Shown piece after piece: positions 47,901 through 54,964 of a DNA stretch of 64,000 bases. The notes below the pieces were generated by a model, which was not told the origin of the DNA, did not search any database, and saw only the letters and a list, made by a program, of their open reading frames with translations. A program made the position numbers and the translations under genes. How positions within the stretch are numbered: position 1 is the first letter of the stretch; every line of letters begins with the position of its first letter. Source of the stretch: Deltaproteobacteria bacterium (lineage in GTDB: Bacteria; Myxococcota; Kuafuiibacteriia; Kuafuiibacteriales; Kuafuiibacteriaceae); the NCBI GenBank assembly GCA_016703535.1, contig JADJBV010000001.1, positions 385,014 through 449,013 of the forward strand, written 5' to 3'.

Positions 47901-48306
47901 GGGCGCTCGTTTGGTCCGTTATTCGCCGGACGGCCGTTATCTGGGGGTGGCCACCTCGGGCGAAGACGTCTGGCTCTGCCAACGGGCTCATGAACTCTGC
48001 GATCGCTTGCCGGGGCAGCAGTCGGTGGTCTGGGACTTGACCTTCACCCCCAACTCCCAGGCGATGATCACCGGCGCCGGCGACGGCACGGTGCGGATCT
48101 GGGACGTGGAGACCCAAGAGAGCCGGGTCCTGCGCGGACATTCGGCGGCGGTCTACGACGTCGCGGTGTCGCCCGATGGGCGAACGGTGGCCTCGGCCAG
48201 CGCCGATACCTTGGTGCGGCTCTGGAACCTGCAGCTGCCGCCCAAACCCCGGGACCTGGGGCGGTGGTTGGAGGCCCGGACCTCGGCCACCTCAGGCCGG
48301 CCGTAA
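44938..48306 (+). CDS. Ser/Thr protein kinase with a transmembrane segment and a C-terminal WD40 beta-propeller of about 14 repeats.
   Basis: Kinase motifs HRDLKPSNVMV, DWGLAK and GTPAYMPPEQ are present. WD repeats end in VHLWDV, VRLWNL and VRIWDL. The first ATG is at 44938; the track ORF begins upstream at 44827. Confidence 0.85.
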   Translation: MGERPLREGPDEGSTAELEATLVPHTPSGAPPNPGPDLGEFPVVDRSHYRLGAEFARGGLGRILEAYDLRLQRHVAIKELLAKDPRAEARFLREAYITARLQHPNIVAIHEAGRWPEGDRFYAMKLVRGRTLADQLDLTRNDNERLALVPAIVDVADAVAYAHSQNILHRDLKPSNVMVGPFGETVVIDWGLAKALDDGKEEGVTPPERTPSNAFETSDGMVVGTPAYMPPEQAMAHRIDERADVYALGAMLYHVLSGHRPYHEVKPKDVLQAVVNRPPVPLSELAPRMPRDLVAIVDKAMARDSSQRYRTARQMVEELRRFSTGQLVRAHDYSSWEILTRFARRQKAAVATATSALVVLLGLATFSYLQIAEEKAEAQKNAVEAELRVEQFLLEKARSLLDRDPTLALAYLKDLKRPMPGAATVGAEAEDRGVARHVLRGHSAGINDLAVSADGRHLASASTDKTVHLWDVGSGQGRALLCHQDRVATVAFSPDGARLASGGYDHRICVYDVETGQGRRLEGPTEPVQRVVWSPDGERLAAVSGDRTVRLYGADGALLETLVVESVNREVFVQFSQDGRRLLTGGHGAFVRILDLATHESRAYDISCSEGEVGCKEPRVTWAALSPDARTVAVAGSDGTVSIFEVLSGKRQRLRGHEDLVRHLAFSADGRRLVSASLDRSVRLWNLDTGEGRALLGHTERVTSAHFSPDGSRVVSASWDRTVRIWDLETGEVKVLLGHEDEVSVLAAAADESFLASASADGAVRLWRLDPPRSRALRGHTIGVHGVDFSPKGDRVASGGHDDLVRIWDPAGVEPTRILSGHTDHVFRVRFSPDGRWLASSADDQTVRLWSVTGEDRLSLIGHTADVEELAFSSDGGLLASAGEDAVVWLWSMPNGIGRPLRGHQNHVTDLAFDPKRPRLLSSSRDGTVRIWDLRAQTSTVVRGHLREVWSVAISSDGEELASVGADDTLRLFDAKTLRPRRVQKGLLGARLVRYSPDGRYLGVATSGEDVWLCQRAHELCDRLPGQQSVVWDLTFTPNSQAMITGAGDGTVRIWDVETQESRVLRGHSAAVYDVAVSPDGRTVASASADTLVRLWNLQLPPKPRDLGRWLEARTSATSGRP

Positions 48307-48831
48307 CAACTTGAGCGCCGCCTCGACCTCACTCCAGCTTGGATGATCACCGGCGGTTTCGCTGGCGTGGCGCCACAACAACTCCCCGCCCCGATCGACC
48401 AACAAGGTGCCGCCCAGCTGGAGCGCGTCCCCCTTGACCCCGGACTGCATATGCCCGCGGCCCAAGGCCCGGGCGGCGTGCAAGATACCTTGCGGGGCCA
48501 AGAGCCCGCCCAGGTCCCGGCGAAAGTGGGCTCGCTCGTACACCTTCAGGGTGGGGTCGGTGTAGATCGGCTCCTCGACCGACTGATCATTCTTGAACCA
48601 GGCGGCTTGGGCGACCGAACCATTGCCAACCAGCACCAGCCGGGCGCCGTAGCTCTTGATCTCGTGGTGATGGCGGCGCAACTGCGCCACTTGCTCTCGG
48701 CAGAACAGTCAGCCGTAGTGGCGCAGGAAGGTCAGGAGTGCTGGGCCGTCCCTCCACACTTCGGCCAGGGTGTGGAGCCCGCCGTCCGGGTCGTAGACGG
48801 GGCTTTCCGCGAGTTCAGCCGAGATCTGCAT
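48292..48831 (-). CDS. Candidate selenoprotein of the PRXL2/SelU-like (AhpC-TSA_2) peroxiredoxin-like family, with an in-frame TGA (Sec) at 48709-48711 in the redox motif G-U-L-F-C. If the TGA is not read through, this is a pseudogene.
   Basis: Translating from ATG 48831 on the minus strand gives MQISAELAESPVYDPDGGLHTLAEVWRDGPALLTFLRHYG-TGA-LFCREQVAQLRRHHHEIK... in one frame, contiguous with the 132-aa track ORF. The TGA sits where the first Cys of the conserved CxxC (FxRxxGCxxCRE) is expected. Confidence 0.5.
48673..48690 (-). other. Hairpin in the mRNA, GUGGCGC-AGUU-GCGCCGC, 18 nt downstream of the in-frame UGA. It is a candidate bacterial SECIS element.
   Basis: The 7-bp stem includes one G-U pair and the 4-nt loop contains GU. 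Its position is within the usual 16-37 nt window for bacterial SECIS apical loops. Confidence 0.35.
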
Positions 48832-48873
48832 GGTTGAAGCATCGAACGTCTGGCCTGGCCCGTCGAATCCCGA

Positions 48874-51066
48874 GTGGGCCTGGCTGTCCTGGAATCGACC
48901 GTGCCCCGGGCGATCTGCTACGGTCCGCCCGTGACTTTAGTCACGGAAGCTGAGGCCCAGGCCCTCTTTGGTGGGGAACGGGAAGCCCTCTTTGCCCTGG
49001 TTCGCCGCATCGCCGAACCCCGGGTCGGGTCGCTGCGCCTTCGAGGGGTGGTCGAGTCCCAGCTGGGTCGCCCGCTGCCCAAAGAGCTCGGCCACTTCGT
49101 GGAGGCCTTCGAGGCCCACGAACTCGAGGTCTGTGATCCCGCCGGCGCCGAACTTTTGGCCCCCGGCCCCAGCCCGGATCTGCTCGGCCTCTTGGATCCC
49201 AACGCCCCCGCTTACCTGCCCGAGTTGGTCGGCTTCTTCACCGCCAGCACCCCGGTGGTGCTCGACGAAGAGATGTGTTTTTTGGCGGCCCTGGCCGGCA
49301 CCCGTTCGGGCTACGCCAAGGTCTATTATTTTCACCCCCAAGACTGGGGCCTGTGGCCCACCGATGCGTCGTTGACCGCTCGGCTTTTCCGCACGCTCCA
49401 GGAAGAAGATCGACCCGAGTTGGCCCACCTGCGCTTCACCGGGGAAGAGGAGGCCCGCCGGGTCCAAGCTCTCAAGTTGTTCGAGGCCCTGGCCCGCCCC
49501 GAGCCACTTATGCCGGAGCTGGATCCGGTGGTGTTGTTCCCGCGGGTGAGCTGGTTGATCCACGCCTTGGGGGGCGTGGGCCTCAGCTTCGACAAGGAGT
49601 TGCCCAAAGCGCCGCCCCACGATCGCTGGATGAGCGAACGCCTGGAGTTGGTGGCCCGGCCTCACCTCCTCGCCTATTGGTTGTGGGCCCACTGGTTCTT
49701 CGATGATCCCGAAGGGCTCGAGGAAGCGACCGCGGCCGCCGCCCGTTCGCCCCACCCGGTGGTGGCCGGGACGGTGCAAGCGATCCACGCGCTCCTTCAC
49801 GGAACAAAGCTGAAGTTGGGGGACAAAGATCGCTCCCAACTTTTGGCGCTGAAGGACGAGCTCTTGGAGCGGGCGCCGGCGGAGCTGCTCAGCGGCCCGG
49901 CCCGCCATCGACGCAACCGCCGCCGGGCCGAAGAATCCCAGGCCAACCGAGCGGAGATCGAGGCCCTCGAGTTGTTGGAGGCCCAGGCCCCCTCCGAACC
50001 TCTGGTCGCCGAGGCCTTGTTCCTCTTGCAGCACTTGGCCCGGGGCAGCGCCGTTCCTCCGGAGAAGGCCGAACTTCACGGGGGCCTCGACTCCAGCGCC
50101 GCCCAAGCCCGCTTGGCCGAGCTGATGGATCCGCGTTTTCGTCCGGTGATCGAGGCCCGGCTGACCCGAGCGGCGGCGGTCGGCGACACCCACCGGGACG
50201 CGTCGTTTGGGTTGATCTTGGCCCTCGCGGCGTTGGAGCCGGACTTCGGCGCCTTCGTCGCCTTCTTCGAGCGGCTCGGCACCAGCAACTTCGGCCCCCG
50301 TCGGATGCAGGAGCTCTATCGGGCCTTCGGCAGCTACCCGGATCCCCGGGCCACCAAGATCCTGGCCGCCGGCGCCCGGGCTTGGTTGACCGAGGTCGAC
50401 GACTGGATCCGCATGGCGCCCAGTGAACCGTTGCTCCAGCTGCTGCACCGCGATTGTTTGGAGACCCACGAGCTGATCGCCCGGCTGTTGGAGCGGGCCA
50501 ACTATTCGGCGGCCAACTTCGACATCTGCGTGCGGGCGGCCCACGCGGCCCTGGAGCTGAAGTCGCAGCGGGCCATCCCCGGTCTGGAGCGGGCGGTCAA
50601 ACAAGGGTTGGGCCGGGTCGACGACGGCGGCCGGGCCACGGTGATCCGGGCCTACGCCCAAGTGGCGGGTGAGGTCAGCGTGCCGGTGTTGTTGGCCCGA
50701 CTGGCGGATCGCCGAAATCGCTGGGAGTCGTCGGACGAGGACGATCAACCCGAACATCAGTACGAGTTGTCGTGTTTGTTGTCGGGGCTCTTGCCGGTGT
50801 TGCCCGAGGATCAAGAGCTCTTGGCGGTGGCGCGGACGCTCCTGGCCTTGTTCAAGATCCGGATGTTGCCGACCCGGACCCCGCGGCGGGAGGTCTTCGA
50901 GGCCACCAAGGCCATCGTGGTTGGCGCCCACCAAGGGGACGTCCGGGCCCTGGCGTCGGCGATCACCCCTTTTTTGCGCTTGGAAACGAGGCTCACCCCG
51001 GTCACCAAGGCCGCGGCCCGAGCCCTGGAAACTGCGGCTCAAATGGCCCTCGGTGATCTCTCATGA
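48874..51066 (+). CDS. Hypothetical 730-aa protein that is largely alpha-helical.
   Basis: The ORF is long with consistent codon usage. The GTG start is uncertain. Confidence 0.5.
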   Translation: MGLAVLESTVPRAICYGPPVTLVTEAEAQALFGGEREALFALVRRIAEPRVGSLRLRGVVESQLGRPLPKELGHFVEAFEAHELEVCDPAGAELLAPGPSPDLLGLLDPNAPAYLPELVGFFTASTPVVLDEEMCFLAALAGTRSGYAKVYYFHPQDWGLWPTDASLTARLFRTLQEEDRPELAHLRFTGEEEARRVQALKLFEALARPEPLMPELDPVVLFPRVSWLIHALGGVGLSFDKELPKAPPHDRWMSERLELVARPHLLAYWLWAHWFFDDPEGLEEATAAAARSPHPVVAGTVQAIHALLHGTKLKLGDKDRSQLLALKDELLERAPAELLSGPARHRRNRRRAEESQANRAEIEALELLEAQAPSEPLVAEALFLLQHLARGSAVPPEKAELHGGLDSSAAQARLAELMDPRFRPVIEARLTRAAAVGDTHRDASFGLILALAALEPDFGAFVAFFERLGTSNFGPRRMQELYRAFGSYPDPRATKILAAGARAWLTEVDDWIRMAPSEPLLQLLHRDCLETHELIARLLERANYSAANFDICVRAAHAALELKSQRAIPGLERAVKQGLGRVDDGGRATVIRAYAQVAGEVSVPVLLARLADRRNRWESSDEDDQPEHQYELSCLLSGLLPVLPEDQELLAVARTLLALFKIRMLPTRTPRREVFEATKAIVVGAHQGDVRALASAITPFLRLETRLTPVTKAAARALETAAQMALGDLS

Positions 51067-51659
51067 AGCTCCGTGTTAACGTCGGCCCCATGCGGTTGTT
51101 TGTTGTGGTGCTCCTGGCCTTCTTCGGCAACGGCACCGCCACCTTGGCCGGCGCCGCCGAGGCCGAGGTCCTCAAGGTTGGCGAAGTGGCGCCTCCTTTT
51201 GTGCTCAAGACCATGAACGCCAAGTTGGTGGGTCAGAACCAGTTTGTGCTCAAAGAACACGTGGGCCCCGAGGCCAAGGCGATCAAGAAGGCGGTGGTCC
51301 TCAGCTTCGCCGCTTCCTATTGTGAACCCTGTCGTCGAGAGCTCAAGGAGCTGAAGGCGATGAAGGCCGAGTTGACCGAGGCTGGCGCCGAGCTGGCGGT
51401 GGTGGTGATCGACACCGAAGCCGAAGGCATCGCCGCCATGCAGAAGTTGACGGTGGACGAATTGGCGCTCCCGTTTCCCGTGCTGGCCGATCGCTTCGGG
51501 GTCTTGGCCCGGCGATATCACGCCAACGCTCTACCGATGACCGTGGTGATCGGCAGCGACGGCAACGTCCGCTACGTGGCCTCGGGCTTCGCGGAGGGCG
51601 CCTTGGACAAGCTCCGGGCCGAGCTCGGTATCAAGGTCGAGGCCAAGCCTAAAAAGTGA
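51063..51659 (+). CDS. Secreted TlpA-like thiol-disulfide oxidoreductase of the redoxin family with a CEPC motif.
   Basis: Its ATG overlaps the upstream stop as ATGA. A signal peptide is present. The active-site context is VVLSFAASYCEPCRRE. Confidence 0.7.
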   Translation: MKLRVNVGPMRLFVVVLLAFFGNGTATLAGAAEAEVLKVGEVAPPFVLKTMNAKLVGQNQFVLKEHVGPEAKAIKKAVVLSFAASYCEPCRRELKELKAMKAELTEAGAELAVVVIDTEAEGIAAMQKLTVDELALPFPVLADRFGVLARRYHANALPMTVVIGSDGNVRYVASGFAEGALDKLRAELGIKVEAKPKK

Positions 51660-53229
51660 CGCCGACCGGCCCGATGCCTCGGGTTTCGCCCTGACTGGCG
51701 GCGATGATGATCCCCGCGGTGGCCGCGCCCACCACCAAAACGCCCCCAGCGATGGCCCACCCGTACCAGGGGAGGCCCAAACCTCCGCCACCTTCGCCGC
51801 TCAGGTCGAGGGGTTGAGGATCTGGATCACCGAAGGTCGCGATCGGCACGCCGGAGAGATCCCGGAGCACCACCTTCACCAACACCTGGCCGGCGTAGTT
51901 CTCGAGTTCACCGTTGTCGCTGAACTCGGCCTCTAAGCGGGTCCCGTCTTCGCTGGTGCGGATCTTTTCGGCCGAGTGCACCTCACCGCCGCTCCCCCAG
52001 ATCTGAATTTCGCCGCCGGAGACCAAACGGAAAGGGTCCGGGCCGAAGGTCGAGACCACCGAAACTTTGGGGCCGTCGGTGGTGACCTGGCGTTCGGCTT
52101 GGGTCTGGATGATCCGAAGAGCCTGGGTACAACCTCCACTTTTGGCCTCTTCGGCGAGGCGCTGGAAGAAGGGGCGATCCAAGGTCGAGGTGCGGCCCGG
52201 CTCGAGGCAAAGGGAACGACCGAGGGCCACTCGGGCCAACTCTCGACGGCCGCGCATGGCGTGGATCCCCGCCTCCAGCTCGAGGCCCGCGGTCAACTCG
52301 GCCCGGTTCAAGCGACCGCTGTTGCGCAGCTTGTCCAGGAAACCTTCGGCCTCGTCGATCCGCAGATCGAGCAACGCGGCCCGGATCGCGTCCAGGGCCT
52401 GCAGGTTGGTGAGCCCTTCGATGGCCCGCGCCTTTTTGGCGACGCTGTTGGGCTTTTTGCTCAGGCTGCCCAAGGCCAGGACCGCCGCGTCCGCAAGGGT
52501 TGGGTCCGGGTGGTCGGCCGCCGCCCGCAGCCGAGCCAAGGCGATATCCGCGTAGAGCCGGGCCCCGATAAATCTCTCCAGGAGGGGCCGCTGCTCACTC
52601 TTCAGGCCCGCGGCGGTGGGGGGGCGATCGACCCGATCGAGGCGGAGATAGTCGTGGAGCGTCGGCAACCCCCGGTAGGCCTCTTCGGCCCGGGCCTGAA
52701 ACAAGAGGAAGGCCCGCTTGTCGTCCTCCACATCGGCCAAGGTGGGGGTGGCGAGTTGGCCGTTCAGCAGCAGGGCGACGTCTTGGATCGCCGCGCCAGC
52801 TTCGTTTTTGGAGAACTGCAAGCTGACTTGCAGACGCAGCTCCAGCTTGGCCGTACCCACCAAGCCGGTGTTGCGGACCGAATAACGGAGCAACACTTTG
52901 CGCTTTTTGCCGCTGCTTTGGTCCTCCAGGGTTACTACCGGCAAGACCAAAAGGCCCGGTTTTGAGCTCTTGAAGGAGGAGACGATGGCGCGCGGTTGAG
53001 GTGGCGCGTCGAGGTTCAGCTCGGTCTCCAAGAACACCGTGTCGCCGATGGCGAGGGACACCGGCTGATCGGGGCGGGCCAGGCGCAACAGCCGATCTTC
53101 CAAGCGGGTCGCCTCGAGCTGTTCGGGGGCTTCGGGGGTAGCGTCGATCCGATCGAGATCGGTCTCTAGGCCGGTCGGCGGAGGTGTGGCCGCAATCGCC
53201 AGCGACCACAAGCACCAAAGCGGCGTCAC
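51649..53229 (-). CDS. Hypothetical secreted/membrane protein with a C-terminal transmembrane helix.
   Basis: The start was placed at GTG 53227-53229 to give the signal-like N-terminus VTPLWCLWSLAIAA. The track ORF extends further to 53445, so the start is uncertain. Confidence 0.45.
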   Translation of the reverse strand: MTPLWCLWSLAIAATPPPTGLETDLDRIDATPEAPEQLEATRLEDRLLRLARPDQPVSLAIGDTVFLETELNLDAPPQPRAIVSSFKSSKPGLLVLPVVTLEDQSSGKKRKVLLRYSVRNTGLVGTAKLELRLQVSLQFSKNEAGAAIQDVALLLNGQLATPTLADVEDDKRAFLLFQARAEEAYRGLPTLHDYLRLDRVDRPPTAAGLKSEQRPLLERFIGARLYADIALARLRAAADHPDPTLADAAVLALGSLSKKPNSVAKKARAIEGLTNLQALDAIRAALLDLRIDEAEGFLDKLRNSGRLNRAELTAGLELEAGIHAMRGRRELARVALGRSLCLEPGRTSTLDRPFFQRLAEEAKSGGCTQALRIIQTQAERQVTTDGPKVSVVSTFGPDPFRLVSGGEIQIWGSGGEVHSAEKIRTSEDGTRLEAEFSDNGELENYAGQVLVKVVLRDLSGVPIATFGDPDPQPLDLSGEGGGGLGLPWYGWAIAGGVLVVGAATAGIIIAASQGETRGIGPVGVTF

Positions 53230-53286
53230 GGGCGGCACGGTAGCAGGGGATGGACCGGGCGGCGAGAGTGGCGCTCTCCCCGGTCT

Positions 53287-53694
53287 TTGCGTAGGGTGCT
53301 CCGGGTGCGGTGGTGGGTGATGGCCGCGTGGTTGGTCAGCGGGTGTGGCGACCTCATCTTGCGCCCCCTGGACCTGACCATCAGCGGGGTCTCGGGGCGC
53401 GCCGAGAAGTTGGTGATCGGCGTCTATCCCAAGAGCAGCGGTCAAACCTGCCAGGGCGTGGGCCTCGGGAATGTCCAGAGCCTGAGCCCGCCCACCCTCT
53501 ACATCTGGCAGCGCGGCCAGATGGATCGGGCCACCACTTTACCGGCGGTCGAGGAGGAGGGCCTGACGATCGTGGTCTACACCGAAGACGCGAACGCCAC
53601 GCCCATCCAGTTCGTGTGTGAAGAGATCGACTACGCCGATCTGGAGGCCCCGGAAGTGCAACTCCAACTCAGCACCCGAGTTCCGACCCAATAG
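53287..53694 (+). CDS. Small lipoprotein of 135 aa.
   Basis: A TTG start at 53287 yields a 19-aa signal sequence ending in the lipobox LVSGC. The alternative ATG at 53320 would give too short a signal. Confidence 0.5.
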   Translation: MRRVLRVRWWVMAAWLVSGCGDLILRPLDLTISGVSGRAEKLVIGVYPKSSGQTCQGVGLGNVQSLSPPTLYIWQRGQMDRATTLPAVEEEGLTIVVYTEDANATPIQFVCEEIDYADLEAPEVQLQLSTRVPTQ

Positions 53695-53721
53695 GGCCCT
53701 ATAGGGTCAATCGCGGCTTCA

Positions 53722-54942
53722 TTGCCGCTTCGGTTTGGCTATAGTTCGCCCGTGGAGCGCTTCGGGCCGTTCGAGATCCTGCGGCTCCTTGGCCGAGGTG
53801 GCATGGCCGAAGCGTTCGTGGCGCGCCGGGCCGACGGCGCGGGCTCCGGGCAGCTGGTGGTCAAGCGAATCCGGCCCGATCACGCCCAACGCGAAGAGTA
53901 CCTGCGTCGATTTGTCCTCGAGGCCCAGGTCGCCTCTCGGCTCGCCCACCCCAACTTGGTGCGCTTCGTCGAGTTTGGTCAGGTGGGGCAGGGCCAATAT
54001 CTGGCCATGGAGATGGTGAAGGGCCGTAGCCTGCACCGGCTCCTCGATCACCTCTTCCTGCGCGAAGAGGCGCCCCCCGTCGAGGTCGCGATCTCGATCG
54101 GCGCGGGCATCCTCTCGGGCCTGGCCGAGATGCACGCCGTGACCGATGAAAACGGGCAGTCGCGGCCGATGCTCCACCGAGACGTCACGCCGGCCAACGT
54201 GATCCTATCGACCGAAGGCCGACCGGTGATCATCGACTTTGGGATCACCAAAGATCTCTTTGGGCCATCGTTGACCTTGCCGGGTAAGGTGATCGGCACG
54301 GCCCGCTACATGGCGCCCGAACATCGGCGCGCCGAATATTTGGATCCTCGGGCCGACGTCTTTTCGGCCAGCGTGATCTTGGCCGAGCTGCTCCTGGCGC
54401 GACACCCGTGGCCGCCCCTCTCTTCGATCAAGGAGCTTTTGCGGGTCACCTTCGATCCCCCCGAGCTCACCGACGCCGAACGTCGGCGGCTTTCGCCCGA
54501 GTTGATCGAGGTGTTGTTCCGGGGCCTGGACTGCGATCGAGAACGGCGCTTCCCCGACGCCCGGGCCATGCTCGACGCTTTGCGGGCGTTGCCCGGCTAC
54601 CCGACCGACGGCGAACAAAAGACGGCGAGTTGGGCTCAAAGTTTGGGCGTGTCCTTGGACGAAGAGCTCGTCGAGCCGGTGGTCGACCTTTTGCCCGCGG
54701 GGCTGCCCCCGGCGGCGCCCCCCGCGCCAACCCCGGAGAATTCGGGCGAACCCCGGGGCGCTCAGGTCCTGGCCTTGCCTCCGCTGCCGCCTCGCCGGGA
54801 CTCGTCCTTGGGTTCGGTTGGAACCCTGGATTTGGTGGCCGAAGTGACGGTCCCCAGTAGGCGGATGTGGGCTTGGTCACTCCTCGGCCTGGGCGGGGTG
54901 GTCTTGGTGGGGGCGGTGGTCGCGTTGCTCCTCTCCCACTAG
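53722..54942 (+). CDS. Ser/Thr protein kinase with a C-terminal transmembrane anchor.
   Basis: Kinase motifs HRDVTPANVIL, DFGITKDL and GTARYMAPE are present. Confidence 0.85.
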   Translation: MPLRFGYSSPVERFGPFEILRLLGRGGMAEAFVARRADGAGSGQLVVKRIRPDHAQREEYLRRFVLEAQVASRLAHPNLVRFVEFGQVGQGQYLAMEMVKGRSLHRLLDHLFLREEAPPVEVAISIGAGILSGLAEMHAVTDENGQSRPMLHRDVTPANVILSTEGRPVIIDFGITKDLFGPSLTLPGKVIGTARYMAPEHRRAEYLDPRADVFSASVILAELLLARHPWPPLSSIKELLRVTFDPPELTDAERRRLSPELIEVLFRGLDCDRERRFPDARAMLDALRALPGYPTDGEQKTASWAQSLGVSLDEELVEPVVDLLPAGLPPAAPPAPTPENSGEPRGAQVLALPPLPPRRDSSLGSVGTLDLVAEVTVPSRRMWAWSLLGLGGVVLVGAVVALLLSH

Positions 54943-54964
54943 GCGGCCTGCTACACTGCCTGGG

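Noticed and set aside
48688-48690. The GTG at 48688-48690 as the true start of a 132-aa redoxin-like protein.
   Set aside because: Starting there would remove the conserved FxRxxG[C/U]xxC active-site segment that is encoded in-frame immediately upstream. The longer Sec-containing reading is therefore preferred, although the short form cannot be excluded without data.
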